Shown: positions 25,145 through 38,862 of the stretch, piece by piece | Numbering within the stretch: the stretch's first letter is position 1 | How the letters are laid out: every line of letters starts with the position of its first letter | Assembly: GCF_963921235.1 (NCBI RefSeq) | Contig: NC_086101.1 | Span: 30,008,001-30,072,000 of the forward strand | DNA length: 64,000 bases | Direction: 5' to 3' | From: Mobula hypostoma | Taxonomy: Eukaryota | The notes under the pieces: generated by a model | Told to the model about the DNA's origin: nothing | Seen by the model: the letters and a program-made list of their open reading frames with translations, nothing else | The model's database searches: none | Translations under genes and position numbers: made by a program

Positions 25145-25416
25145 AAGATGGCGCCGCATACAGCGGCCGTGTAGGGAGCTCCATTCCAGCTGTACAGTAA
25201 TCTGTTACTTTCTGAAATTTCCTTCACATTTCTTGTTCAAGTAGCTGATGATCACCTCAGATACGATAGACTGATGTTATATTGAATATATTGTTGTACA
25301 TACTATTAATTATAAATTTCTATAAATTGCAGATTGCACATTTAGGCGGAGACATAACGTAAAGATTTTACTCCTCAAGTATATGAAGGATGTAAGTCAC
25401 AAATTCAATTCAATTC
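25145..25416 (+). mobile_element. Short non-autonomous LINE-derived element (Rex1/Babar-like ends)
   Basis: Starts AAGATGGCGCCG and ends in a (CAATT)n tail. Its 3' block recurs at about 51230-51340. Family assignment is from memory. Confidence 0.5.
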
Positions 25417-26869
25417 AGTTTGCCGACTTAAAAAGTCAACATAATATACATTTTCGCCAACAACATTCTGAACTTAGGCGACATCTTTGATGGATCTCTG
25501 GAGGTGGATCCCAAGGTCCTTCTGTTTCTCCACACTGCTAAGGTTCCTACCATTCTCTCTTCAAATCAGACTTTAGAAGATGAAACACATAACGTTTTTT
25601 GGACCTCTTCTCAGACCAGCTCTGCATCCTAGCAACTTTCCATTCTAACCCTCGACATACTTCAAATAGTTCAAGTTTTCCTAAAAATTGTGGCAATATA
25701 ATATTGCTGAAGGGGCTAACAAAACTTTTGAACGTTTTGATGACGTCATTTGTTTTGGTATGTAGGTTTTTTTTTTGTTGGCTCTACGACCATCCATTCT
25801 GTTCGTGCAGTGTTAAATGTTCGGATAATTCTGTCTGGAAAATCAGCTTCGTCATCAGCATTCTGTGGAGTTTGTACAGCGTTGTTGTTGCTGTTACCAT
25901 CAGTTGTGGAGAAGTTGTTGAAGTAATTCCATTTTCATCGGAGCTTCCAGATTTGGCATCTTCATTATTTTATTCTGTATCATCGTTGTGTTCTTTAGAT
26001 TGGGTTCCTTCTAGCTCCTGTGGAACTTCTATTTTGTTTGGTTTAACATGCGTATAGGGATTTGGTTATGTTTTATCACAACTCCAGCTTGATCTGCTAT
26101 TGATTGTGCATTATTATGCATTAAGCAATATTGTGTCATAAACACTGCTGATGAAGGTTGACCCTGTACCTGTCATATCAGTCTCCAGTTCTCTTATTTG
26201 ATCTTAAGCAGGCATTATGAACGTATTTACTATTTCACGCGACTCGACCTTCTCATAGCTGCTTGAGTCCTGTCAGTTGTAAGTGGACTGCTCTTCTGAG
26301 AAACACAAAAATCGCAGCCTGTGGTGCTCGTGTGCGACTTTGAATGCTTGTTGCATCTTTTTTCAGACCTTATGGTCCCTGCGTGTCTATTAGCAGAGCA
26401 CCATAGTGATTCGTTTACTGTCACGCCCGGCGCCAGTTTCAGGCAAGCCCCAGCAATCGACAGGCAGCGATCGTATTACTGCGTTACGTAAACGTCTGTC
26501 AATACCTAAATTGAAAGGGAAGAGGTTCTTACACCTACAGCCAAGGTTTGCTTCCAGCCGCCCCTAACATCGAGAGCAGACGCTGATCAGAACATCGCCC
26601 AGTCTGGTTTCAGACTTCCTGAATTTGTGTCTGTTTTGCTCTGGGATGATATTTTATTTCTCACATGCCAAGAATATATGAAAAACAGTCCCCTGACCTG
26701 GGAACCAGCGGGGTGGGGACAGAACCCCTTCGAATATTATTATTATTACTATTATTATTATATTTTCATTTTACCTCAGCCCAAGCTGGCAAAACCTGAA
26801 GCAAGCACAATCAGTCCTCAATTACTAGTAAATTTCGGACTATTCTAGTGGTGGTTAGTATTGTAGGTC

Positions 26870-28780
26870 AAAAGCATGGACAGTAAGGGTGCAGAGAGCC
26901 AGCTTTCGATAACTAAGGAACTAAAAGAAGACATCAAACTAAAAGCTGCTACGCACACAGTCGCCATGAGTAGTGGGAGACCGGAAGATTGGGATGACTT
27001 TGAAAAGCAATAAAGAACAACTAAGTGAGCAATAAAGAAAGGGAAGATAAATGATGAAAATAAACTGGCACAAAATATAAAAACGGTAGTAAAATATTTT
27101 TATAGTTATATAAACCGGAAAGTATTGGCGAAAGTGAGCGTAGGACCCTTGGCGGATAAGAAGGGGAATTGTCATTGAGTAATGAGAAAATTGCGGAATG
27201 ACTATTTTGTGTCGGTCTTCACTGTGGAGGACACGTCCAACTTGTCAAAGAGAGACGTTATGGATGCAATAGGAGATGAAGGCCTCGATGCAGTAACTAT
27301 CACTAAAGAGGTAGTGCTGTACCAACCTGTAGGTCTGAAGATAGATAAGTCCCATTGTCCTGATGGAATGCATCGCAGGGTACAGAAAAAAATGGCTGAA
27401 GTTATAGTAAAGGTTATGATGATAATTTACGAAAATTCTCTGGGCTCTGGGCAGGTCCCGGCGGAGTGGAAGACGGCTAATGTCACGCCACTGTTCCAAA
27501 ACTATAGACCAGTTGGTTTAACACCTGTAGTTGGGAAAATGTTTGAAGCTATCAATAAAAAAGGTCTAACGAGGGATCTGAAAAGAAATGGATCAATCAG
27601 GAACAGGCAGCATGGATTCAACAAAGGCCAGTACTGTTTTACAAACTTGCTGGAGCCCAGTGAGGATATAATGAGAGCAGTATATTGAGGGGAACAGCTG
27701 GATGTTATTTACTTGGATTTCAAGGAGGTGTTCAATAAAATACTTACCATAAGACAAAGATGCACAAAGTTAGTGTTGATGTATTAGCGTGGATAGAGGA
27801 TTAGTAAACTAATAGAAAGCATAGAGTTCGGATACATGGCTTTTACTCTGGTTGCTAATCAGTGGTGAGCGGTGTGCTGCAGGTGTCGGTGCTGGGCCTG
27901 CAACGATTCACGATATACATTAACGATCCAGAATAGGAGACCGTGTGTAACGTATCTAAGTTGCTGATGATACTAAATTTAATGGAAAAGCAAATTATGC
28001 AGAAGATACGGAGAGTCTGCAGAGAGATATAGTTAGGCTCAGTGAGTGGGCAAGGTCTGGCAGATGGAATACATTGTTGTTAAATGTGAGGTTGTCCACT
28101 ATAGTGGTGTGGAAGAGCAAACTATTATTTAAATGATAAAGATTTGCAGCATTCTGCTGTGCAGTGGGACCGCATGAATCACAAAAGGTTGCTTTGTAGG
28201 TGCAGCAGGCTATCAAGAAGGGAAATGGGATGTTGGCCTTCATTGTTAGAGGGATCGAATTTAAGTGCTGGGAGGTTACGCTGCGATGCAGGAGAGGTCT
28301 ACCAGATTGTTTCAAGAAATGACGGGGTTAGACTATGAGGAGGGATTAAGTCGTCCCAGGCTATGCTCACTGGAATTCGGAAGAATGAGTGGTGACGTTT
28401 ACGGACATATAACATTATTAAAGGGATAGATAAGGTTGAGGCAGGATAAATGAGACTAGAACTATGTTACACAGCCTCAACAATCGTGGGAGTAGATTTA
28501 GGACGGAGATGAGGAGGATCAAATTTTCCCACACTGTGGTGAAACTGTGGAATTCTCTGCCCAGTGAAGCATTGAAAGCTATCTCATTAAATATATGTAG
28601 GACAAGGTTGGATCAATTTTGCATTGTTGTGAAATTAAGGGTTATGAAGAAAGGGCACGTAGATGGAGGAATGAACCTATGGCCATATCAACAATGACAT
28701 TATTGAGTGGCGGAGCAGGTTAGTCGGACCAGATGGCCTACTCTTGCTCCTATTTCTTCTGTTCTCATGTTCTTAGGTTT
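26870..28780 (+). mobile_element. Old, internally deleted CR1 ORF2 to 3' end
   Basis: ORF 27182-27688 KSHCPDGMH..NYRPVGLT..QHGF; downstream FSHTVVKLWNSLP. Confidence 0.8.
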
Positions 28781-29049
28781 CTGATGATTTACATAAATAT
28801 TGCTGCAAGGGCGTAACAGTGTAATGCTATTGTGTAGTAACACAGTGGTGATACCAGTTGTAGACATTGCTTTGAGACAATGTATACTCTATTCATTTTC
28901 CATAGTCTTTCAATTTATTCTTTGAAGTCAGCATATTTCTGGCGCATTTCACTCACTGATTTCTGTCTATTGTTTGTGTTTGGAATGGCTATATATATTC
29001 AGCAATTTATTCTTGCTTCTTTAAATTTAACTCTAAACCTGCATCAGGT

Positions 29050-30330
29050 TACTAATTACGAACATTTGGAGAGGCATAATATGGTTAGGAATAGTCAGCA
29101 TGTCTTTGTTAAAGGCAGGTCGTGCCTTACAAAACTGATTGAAATTTTTGAGGATGTGACTATACACATTGATGAAGGTAGAGCAGTAGATGTAGTGTAT
29201 ATGGATTTCAGCAAGGCATTTGATAGGGTACCCATGCAAGGCTTATTGAGAAAGTAAAGAGGCATGGAATCCAAGACAACCTTGCTTTCTGGATCCCGAA
29301 TTGATTTGCCCACGGAAGGCAGAGTGGTTGTAGATGGGTTGTATTCTTCATGGAAGTTGGTGGCCAGGGATGTGCCTCAGGGATCTGTTCTGGGACTCCT
29401 ATTCTTTGTGATTTTTATAAATGACCTGCATGAGGAAGTGAAGGGATGGGTTAGTAAATTTGCTGATGACACAAAGGTTGGTGGAATTGTGGATAGTGTG
29501 GAGGGCTGTCAAAGGTTACAGCGGGACATCTATATGATGCAAAACTGGGCTGAGAAGTGGCAGATGGAGGTCGACCCAAATAAGTGTGACGTGGTTCATT
29601 TTGAAAGGTCAATCATGATGGCAGAATATAGTATTAATGGTAAGACTCTTGGCAGTGTGGAGGATTAGAGGGATCTTGGGGTCCTAGTCCATAGGGCACT
29701 CAGATCTTTTGCGCAGGATGACTCTATGGTTAAGAAGGGATATGGTGCATTGGCCTTCATGAACCGTGGGATTGAGTTTAAGAGCCGAGAGGTAATGTTA
29801 CAGCTTTATAGAATCCTGGTCAGACACCACTTGGCGTACTGTGCGCAGTTCTGGTCACTTCAGTACAGGAAGGATGTGGAAATATTAAAAAGGGGGCAGA
29901 AGTGATTTAGAAGGATATTGCCTGGATTTGGGAGCATGCCCGATGAGAATAGGTGGAGTGAACTTGGCCTTTTGTCCTTGGAGCGACGGAGGATGAGAGA
30001 TAACCTGATAGATGTGTATAAGAATTTGAAAGACGTTGATTGTGTGGATAGTCAGAAGCGTTTTTCCCAGAGCTGAAATGGCAAGCATGAGAGGGCACAG
30101 CTTTTAAGGTGCTTGCAAGTAGGTACAGAGGAGATGTCAGTTGTAAGTGTTTTAGGCAGAGTGGTGAGTGCGTGGAATGGGCTTTCAGTGACGGTGTTAG
30201 AGGCAGATATGATAGGGTCTTTTAAGAGACTCCTGGATAGGTACATAGAGCTTCGAAAAATAGAGGGCTATGGGTAAGCCTAGGTAGTTCTAAGATAAAG
30301 ACATGCTCGGCACAGCTTTTTGGACCAAAG
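29050..30330 (+). mobile_element. CR1 RT-3' half
   Basis: QHVFVKGRSCLT, DFSKAFD, VPQGSVLG, KFADDTK, 3'UTR near 30270-30330. Confidence 0.85.
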
Positions 30331-30339
30331 TACAGTACC

Positions 30340-30772
30340 ATCAACTTAACAAAAGCATTGTAGAATTTATAGAGAGATACACTGAAACAAAAGGATGGTG
30401 CATTTAAAAAGACTAAATAGAAATATGAATTGCACCTGACGAAGACATCACAGTTATCAGTTCAGGAACAATGGAAAAAGTTTATACAGGACATCGAAAC
30501 TAAATTCGACGCACCAAAATATCCCCGACCCGAGCAAAGAATTTCAAACATACACAGTGATGAGCAAATTTTGGCCCAATATCAAGAAGCAAGTTGGATA
30601 AGGGAGAGAAGATCCCACTCACACAATTGAAGGCATCCAACCATATGAAGTTACAATGGACATGCTAAAAGTTGTTAGGAAAAAAATTACCGCAACTGGA
30701 AAAGTATCTGCAGTGATAATATGCATAATTATTGGTATAAGAAATTTACTTGGGCTGAGAATAATAAAACAG
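30340..30772 (+). mobile_element. Probable R4/Dong-clade non-LTR retrotransposon fragment (region just upstream of RT)
   Basis: NWKSICSDNMHNYWYKKF near 30694-30748 resembles NWKSPGxDxIHNYWxKKF. Upstream KFWPNI..EASWIRE. Confidence 0.55.
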
Positions 30773-31359
30773 CAATAATAATAAATAAGATTGAGAACAT
30801 CAATTGCAGTTTGTGAGTATATAGGTTGTGGAATCAGTTCAGTGCTCGGCGTGTGAACATGAGCTCAGAGTATATTACCAACTTTCCCGTGTGAATGGCT
30901 GTTGTGATTGGGCGAGAGACTCAGTGTGGGGAACAGGTACCTTCGTCTACGGTTCATTGTCGATACTAAGTCATGTTGATACTAAGTGAGATGACACTGC
31001 CCCAGCAAAATGAACTGTATTTGACGATGTTTGCGATGGAATGCAAAGTAGAGATCCACCGACAGGTTGCTGGAAGTCAGGTTTTGCATCCGGCAGCTCT
31101 TGTTCCATCTCTCCCAACCTGACAGTTTTCTACTAGCTTCCCCCGTCTTTCTTTCGCGTCCTGATTAACGGTTTTAACTAACTGTCTGTCGCTATAGAGC
31201 AATTTTAAGAAGTTCACGGCATCTTAACAGATCAGTTAACGTATTCAACCAGAGCAATACAAACAAAATGCTGGAGGAACTCAGTAGGTCAAGCAGCATC
31301 TATGGAAATGAGTAAAAAGTCGATGTTACGGGCCGAGGCCCTTTGAAGATCTATTGGAG

Positions 31360-33050
31360 CAACAGGCAAAATGCACAGCGTCCATGTCCTTGCATAGGCA
31401 GGATTTGATTCCAGCCATGGCTCACCTTTCAATGCATTTCATCACTGGACATGAGTGCCACTGGGTGATTGACTTTGAGGTAGCTCAAGCTACTTTTCTT
31501 GCTTTCGGTATGATTTTCGCCCTTTTCAAGTACCGACTGCAGCGGTGGGAGGTGGGCGATGTCCTTGAACGCTCCCGCCAGTTGGTTGCCACAGGTTTCC
31601 AATGCGCCGTCAAGTACACGATCCGGGCCTGACTCTGTCCGGTGGTTGAAAGGTGCTCTCCGACCGAGATCAAGGTTTCACCGGATGCTGCAGGGATTCG
31701 CACAGATGTAATGTTATTCTCCCTTTCAAGCGTGTATAAAAGACATTGTGATCACGTAGGAGTTAAACATAACTGCCATTCATGATGTTAAGTTTCGCTC
31801 TGTGGGAAGTAACGGCTAGCAAACGCGTCCAGAACTAAACTGAATTCGATTCCGTCTCTAACCTCAACAGGAATTATTTTGACGCTCTGAGGATAGCCTC
31901 CAAAGGTCACACCTGAACTTCCTGCATATTTTTGGATAACCGGTCTTGAATTCCACAGTTCTAGCCTTCAATAGATGGCAAACCTCCAGTTCCAACCACA
32001 AATATTGTTTTGCGTATGTCCGGTATATCTTCGTAGGCTCACACTCATTCACAGAGATTTTGATGAAGTCGATGGCAACTGTGGCGTATTCATTCAGACT
32101 CGAAGATGAATCCCTGAACATTGTCCTATTCACCAACTCAAAGCAATCCTGTAACCCCTCTTATGCCTTCTTTGACCATACATTCTTCGTCATCACCTCT
32201 AGTGCTTCGGTCTGTAGTCTCTGCCTATATGCTGGGGGGGAGAGATACAACCAGGTAACCGGATTTTCCAAAGAGTGGCTGCGGGATGGCATAATAAGCG
32301 CTCTTGATGGTGGTATAACAGTGAGTAAGTGGCGTTGGTTCTTCTGGTTCCACAGGTGATATCTTAGTGGTAGTTGTTTAGAAACCTCTGCATGCTGGCC
32401 TGCTTAAAACCACCCACAACGATAGGGAGATCCTTAGGGTGTGCAGTTTTGTGATTCTAATTACGTTCTGTAGCTTCTCCTGAGTTTGCCTGACATTGGC
32501 CAGAGGGTGAATATACACTGCTTACCAGGATGATGGGGCAAACATCCTCGGTATATAAAATGTACGACATTTGACCGCTAGATGTTCCAGGTAGTTTGAG
32601 CAGGATTAACACAGAACCCCCACGTTTATGCACAATGCTGTTAATCAGAAAGCATACACCACATCCTCTGTTTCAAAAGACAAAGCTGACCTTTCTTTAC
32701 AGAGAATGGTGCAGCCACCAAGCTGCAGCACTTCATCATTCGAAATACCATGACTGAGCCATGTTTCTATGAAGCAACGTACATAACAGACCCTGATTTC
32801 CCTCTGATACAGGAATCGGGCTCTGAGGTCTTCAGATTTATTTTCCATAGACTGTGCATTCGCCAACAGGATAGTTTGGAGTGGAAGTCTAAATCCTCTG
32901 AATTTAAATCGAACTTGGAGACCAGCGTGACGTCGAAGCTTCCATTTCCTTAAGAGCAAGATGCACTCAGGATCCGAGTCCACATTCCGAGGTCTGTCAG
33001 TTTTGCATATGGATAGATGTTTCATACATCTTAAAACTATGCTACTTGCT
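31360..33050 (-). mobile_element. Degraded Rex1/Babar LINE (EN + RT start)
   Basis: LANAQSMENK.EDLRAR..CFIETWL; EYATVAIDFIK; SGPD..ETCGNQLAGAFKDI..PVAL...MKCIER. Confidence 0.75.
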
Positions 33051-34329
33051 TAAGTACCCATGGCTGTGAGTATGGATTTCAGCTGCACTTGTCCGAAACT
33101 GGAATGTATGATTATTGCAATCGGAACTGCGCGCAAATAGTAACCACTTAATGGCGTCTTATGGAAAAGATGCTGATATGAAGAAAACGCAGCATCTCTT
33201 TAGACAGTAATCACTTAAATGCCTGTAGGAATTAATAGGTCCTGTACCGGAGTCAAAAGACATTAATGGTTATACAGTTCATTCAGTCAAATGTAGTTTA
33301 GAAATTCGTTTGTGATTTTAAAAGATCAGTATTTTCGACTGAATTTTGAAGTTAAATATGTGCATTCGTGAGTACATATGGACACAAACGTTAGGAATTC
33401 TCCATGGTGATGCCTTCAGGTCTTTTTTTTGCACTGTAAATATAAAGAGTCAGTTATATATGCAATAGTTGCCATCTATATTATGTTCCATAGATATTGG
33501 AAGAGTTCGGAAAAATTGTAGTGGCGCACATGCTTTCACATTACTTAAGAAGAAGAAGGATGAAGAACAGCGGAAAGCTACGTATTAATTAACCTAATAT
33601 TAGTAGCAGGGATGTAATACAGGCTATTATGAAGACTGTGATAATAAATTGGCAATGCATTTTGAAAATATTAGCGTTGCGAATTCAGAAGCGAATCATC
33701 CGGCAGAATTATGTGCAGGGTTGACAGGAAGCATGCTAATGTTGCGCAACGAGAACTTCAGTGAGAGTGGTCATGTGTTTTGAATCTTATAGAAAGTATA
33801 AGACAATGTGCCCTGAACGAATTTGTTCAATTATCACACTGTCATCAATTTTCGCTGAGGGATTGTTATGATAGGGAGCGCAACCGGATATGTTCTTCTT
33901 AATCTACAGGCATCTTGCAAACCAATTGAATAATCTTTGTAGACAGATTTTGTGCTTGAGTAATTCCGGTTACTCAAATGATATTTCTTGGCAGCTTTTT
34001 TTTCATCTCGCCTCCTGTTTTTGCTTATTCGTTAAACGCAAAGTCTGAAGGACTTTAACACCGTGATTCCCTCCGGCTGAAAGAATAATTACACACTTGC
34101 TTACCGCAATTATCAAGGCGAAAGTTCAGTTCAGGAATAAACAGTATAGAGAGAACCCTTTGCCACGATCCCCACAACAAATTCACCATTTTATTTTCTC
34201 CACATTCCAATAAATCTATTCTCTCACAGTTAACTTCATGTTGATTGTCACGATTGTACATATATACAACCAAACCAAACAATGTTCCTCCGGACCACGT
34301 GCAACCAGAATGCAAATGTACAGAACGCA

Positions 34330-35040
34330 TAAAAAAAAAACAAAATATTGCCAGAAATAAGTTAATGATGTATAATTCGAAATGCGTGTAAGGAGCATCA
34401 AAGGTAAACAGTAAACAGGAAATAGTTCGCTGTCCTGGTGATGCGCCCCCGTTGGTGACTGGATATTTATTTGTCTCACAGTCTGTGGAAATAATCTGTT
34501 ATCCAGTCTGGCAGTCCTAGTACTCAAGCTCCTGTTCCTCCTTCCTGACGCCAGTGGATCTACAATGCTTCGGACTTTTCTAAAATAACGCTCCTGTTAA
34601 ATGTCACACTGATCCTCTCGGCGATTTTTGTTTTACTATGCTCTGTAGGGTCTTAGGCTTTCATCAGGTTTGCGGCTTCCGTAGCGCACAATGATGCCGC
34701 CAAATAGAGCACTATGGTCCATTCTAACAACTCTTTACAGGAGCACCCGATAGTGCTGCTGTGGGGAGTTAGAATGGGGGCATGGGGCCTTGCATACTCC
34801 AATCTCCTCATAAAGTTATAACGCTGATGTGCCTTCTTGACTAATGAGGAGGAGTTGTGGTTCCAGGTCAGTTGGTCCGTAATGTGTACAACAAGGAATT
34901 TGTGCGCTCGATTCTCTCCAGGGGAGAGCCATTGATATGCAAAGGAGAGTGGGCGACCTGCGCCTTTCTGGTTCACAACCATCTCTTTTGTCTGGTTTAC
35001 GTTAAGAATGAGGTGCTGTCGTAACATTTGACAAACCTAC
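34330..35040 (-). mobile_element. Rex1/Babar LINE 3' part
   Basis: LNVNQTKEMVV, KFLVVHITDQLTW, VKKAHQR, TRTARLDNRLFPQTVR. Confidence 0.75.
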
Positions 35041-37247
35041 CTACATCCTCCAAGGCAAAAGGAGTTCAGTCACATCAGTGAGCAAAGTCGGGGTGTGGCT
35101 TTGTCGCGTGCCAGAACTAACGGACAAGGAAACTAATATTGTTGTCACTCTGAAACGCAGTTAACCACACAGTTACTGTCTGATCTGATGAGTATTCTGG
35201 CACCTTCCTCTTCTGTACTTGGGATTAAATATGTCGTTGCACTGAGCTGAAAGTCTATACCTACAAACAGAGAGAATTAAAGTACACTATTAACCATGGA
35301 ACAAGCTGTCAGTTTTAAACGTCTCTGCTCACGCCTCTGCTTGGGCACAAAAGCCTTCACCTTACAGATCCACCTTAGCAATCAGAGAACCACAATGCAC
35401 TGACTAAACATGTTAACATGAATCTCAATCCATTGAAGACTAAGAAAAGGAGACTTTAATGACACAAAGCAAAATCTCAACAGAGGACCGGGGGTAGCTA
35501 TAATCTGACGAAAGCTACAAAACCAAAAACTTTAATTACACATATGAAGTTGCAGTGCGCACTTCGGTTGTATTGTTGAAAGTCTATTTTTGCAAGGCAT
35601 TTCCCCAAGATGTGACAGATCCAATTCATCAGCGACCATCAAGCACACTAAGCTTGTACCAACCCTATTTTATTCTCTTTACGTTTGCCTCAGCTCCACC
35701 ACCACGCAGATTTTACTCTGTGCCGCCTTTATGCTTTTGCCACTTAACTGGCCGTAGCACCGATGGCGAAGTTAACTAACTTTCTCTTTGAACGTCAATG
35801 CATCTTACACCTGTGCTGGCCCAGCTCTATAAAGAATCATAAGAATTGTGTGTTAACCGTACTTCCGAGGCGAATGGTTCATATATACATCATAGAATCA
35901 AGCCACCAATTCCACACCAAATTTTCACTTACACAAATATTAACCTTTTTATATTCTTCCCACATTCCCATCAATACCTAGTTTTACCACGCCCTCAAAC
36001 CCGAGTACCCGTGAAAGACACGTCTGATCACAGTAAGAACATGAAAGCTCCACATAATTATACCGGAGGTCAGTATCGAACAACACCCTTGAGCTGTAAG
36101 GCAGTATTCTCAGAGCTGTGTTATTGTGCCATCATTATATCTGTAAATATAACAAATCAGACTCAAAGTTCAGGCACACCATTGAATCACCACGTGGAAC
36201 GGCTTTAAAACCGCAATTGCTATCAATCAAGGATCATCTTGGAGGAACATGTGTAAAGAATCAACTTAACTTAATATTTACATGTATTAGGAATTTTCTG
36301 TGCTGTGTTTGTAGTGGCGTGACATGTAGCCAACAAAAAATACAACATTATATAATTATAAAGGATTATAGTATTTAAACATGAAGAATTTAAATGGCGT
36401 ATGTGAATAAAATTTGCACGTATTTACGATGTAAACAACGTACTAATAACTGGGTTAAAGTATCTACAGAGTATTGTACTGATGGAGTAATGGGGAGGTG
36501 GGTGATGGTAACTAGAGTAGCTTATCGAATTCACGAGAGATTCTGCAGATGCTGAAAATGGTTGTAATTTCATTGGCTTTTCAGTCGGCCTTGGATCACC
36601 TGAACAATAGTAATGTTTATGTCAAGCTGTTTTTTTTTACTAAATACAGCTCAGCGTTCAACGCAATTATATCCTCAGTTTGAACCTATACTCTCCAAAC
36701 ACTGGACCTCGGTACCTCCCTCTGCAACTGGAACTTTTACTTCCTCATTGGGAGACCAATTCCTGTGCGAATCAGAAAAAATGTTTCCTCCTCGCGGACA
36801 ATTAACACTGGCAATCAACGATGTGTGCTTAGATAACTGTTCTACTCTCTCCACGGCCAGAAGTGTATGACTAGGGACTGCTGAAACGCCATCTATAAAT
36901 TTACCAAGGACACGACAATCCAGAATTTTCAACTTTGAGTAGGAGGCATAAAGGAGGGAGCTAGATCAGCTGGTTGAGTGGTGTTGCAGCAACAACGTTG
37001 TACTCAATGTCAGTAAGACTTAGGAATTGATTACAGACATAAGGAAGGGAAAGTTGAGGGTGCACAGACCAGGCCTCATTGAGGGTACCATGATCCGGTC
37101 CGTGAAACCGCATTTTGGTTCACGGTCCGGTCCATCGATCCTTATTCCAGGTTTTCCGGTTTTTCCCGGTTCTATTGAGACAACTGATTCTCGTTTTGGG
37201 CTGGACGTAAATACTTCTGCAAAGCAGGGATTGGATATTGAACTGTT

Positions 37248-37252
<5 letters not shown>

Positions 37253-37307
<55 letters not shown>
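37253..37307. repeat. (CT)n/(AG)n microsatellite
   Basis: Directly visible; about 27 units. Confidence 0.97.
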
Positions 37308-37310
<3 letters not shown>

Positions 37311-37724
37311 CCCTCTCCCCTTCCATCCGAATCCCTGTCTCCCTGTCTGAAACCTCGCTTGCAACCTCGCCTGAAAACTTTATCTGCAACTTTGTCAGTA
37401 TCCCCGTCAAGTTCAACCGCCGGAGTGAGACAGGAGCCTTGCCACGACAAGAAAAGGAACCGTCTATTGTTGAGTTTGCAACTGTCTCTTTGTGTCCCCG
37501 TGTTTAATGTCCGTATCAAAGAAAAGTCCTGGCCCTAGGTCATGTACCCAAGGGGGGTTCTGACTCTGTATAAAGCCCTGGCCCTAAGTCCTGTTCCCAA
37601 GGAGAGGTCCTGGCTCCCTGTTCTGTGTATGACTCCTGGCCCTACGTCTTCTTTCTAATGAGGGGTCCTGACTCTGCGTGGAGACCCGATCCTAAGTCCC
37701 GTTCCCAAGAGAGGATCCCGGCTC

Positions 37725-37870
37725 TGTGTTCTGTTTTCCTGTGCTCGGATCCAAGCTCCGTGTTCCTGTGCTCAAGTCCAAGGCTCTGTGTTCCTGTGCT
37801 CGTCCAAGGTTCTATGTTCTTGTGTTCAAGTCCTCGGCTCTGTGTTCCTGTGCTATAAGACCAAGTCCAG
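37725..37870 (+). repeat. Imperfect tandem repeat, about 27-29 bp unit (TGTGTTCCTGTGCTCAAGTCCAAGGCTC), about 5 copies
   Basis: Directly visible inside the LTR. Confidence 0.8.
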
Positions 37871-38862
37871 GCGTCGTGTTCCAGCCCTGCCCAAGTCTGA
37901 GCTTCGTGTGCTCATTCAGTTCTGGTGCTTCGCCCAGCCTAGGGTTTCCTGGCCCAGCCCGGTGTTGGAGATTCCTCGTCCTGTGCTGGGGTGCCTCGTC
38001 CTGTCCTGTAGCCACGTCCTGTCCTTGCCAAGATCCTAGTCCCCAGTCCTAGCCTAGACCCCGGTTCCGGTTCCGTGTCAAGACCCAAGTTCCGAGTCCC
38101 AACCAAGAGCCAGGTTCCGGGTCCTTGTTCAGGCTCTGGTTCCGGAGTTCCATGTTCCTAGTCCAGGCACTTTGTTCCTAGTTCCACGTCTGGGTCCCAT
38201 GTTTCTAGTCCAAGTCCTTGCCCAGGCCCTGAATCCTAGTCTCGTCCAGGGCCTGTATCCCTGTCCAGCGTCATTTCTTCCTGATTCACTTTGCTATCTC
38301 GATAACCGTAGTCCAGTTCCTAGTACTTCAGTGTCTGTGTCTTGCATTTGGGTCCGCCATCAACACCCACCGTATAGCAGAAGGATCTGAAGTGGACAGA
38401 CTGAGCTGTTACAAGTTCTTGCGTGTCAACAACTTTGAGGGTCATTCCTAGGTACAACATATTGATGCAATTACAAATAATGTATGGCAGCGGCGTTTTT
38501 CACTCGGCGAATTGGTATATCGCCAAAGACAAACGCAAATTTCTTCAGATATACTGTGGAAAACATTCTAACTTGTTGTATCGCCTCCTAGTATGGAAGC
38601 GCCACTTCGCAGATTGAAAAAAAAAACGGCTGTAGGAACTTATAATCTCAGCTAGTTCCATCATGGGAACTACAGTATCCCTAGCATCCCTTTGAATATT
38701 CGCGTTGGCTGTGGAAAATAACAATAAATATTGTCAGTACGGTCCCTAGAAAGCACCAGACTTTGGAAGATTAGCAATAATCTATATTTAATCTATTTCC
38801 AAACAAGGGTAACTAAAGACAATCATTACATAATCTTCCTGTTTTAACGAAGACTTTTCAGG

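Larger units (their letters stand above)
37086..38379. mobile_element. Probable solo LTR (about 1.3 kb) containing a (CT)n tract and internal tandem repeats
   Basis: Inserted into the Rex1 frame with near-TSD GAGGG (37081-37085) / GAAGG (38380-38384). Ends TA(TG expected)...CA. No coding content. Superfamily not determined. Confidence 0.65.
36630..38640 (+). mobile_element. Rex1/Babar RT fragment split by a solo LTR
   Basis: YSSAFNAII..TSLCNW..INTG..KF..DTT before 37085. Continues GSEV.R.SCYKFL.V after 38380. Confidence 0.7.

Noticed and set aside
26734-26762. (TAT)n tract giving a poly-Tyr ORF (26627-26848)
   Set aside because: Ordinary microsatellite.
34074-34200. Minus-strand ATG-to-GTAAGC segment resembling a phase-1 first exon (a third receptor?)
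   Set aside because: The peptide MVNLLWGSWQRVLSILF has no similarity to the receptor exon 1, and no matching exon 2 was found.
37020-37519. ER/RE/SL-repeat ORFs on both strands
   Set aside because: Translations of the (CT)n microsatellite in the LTR.
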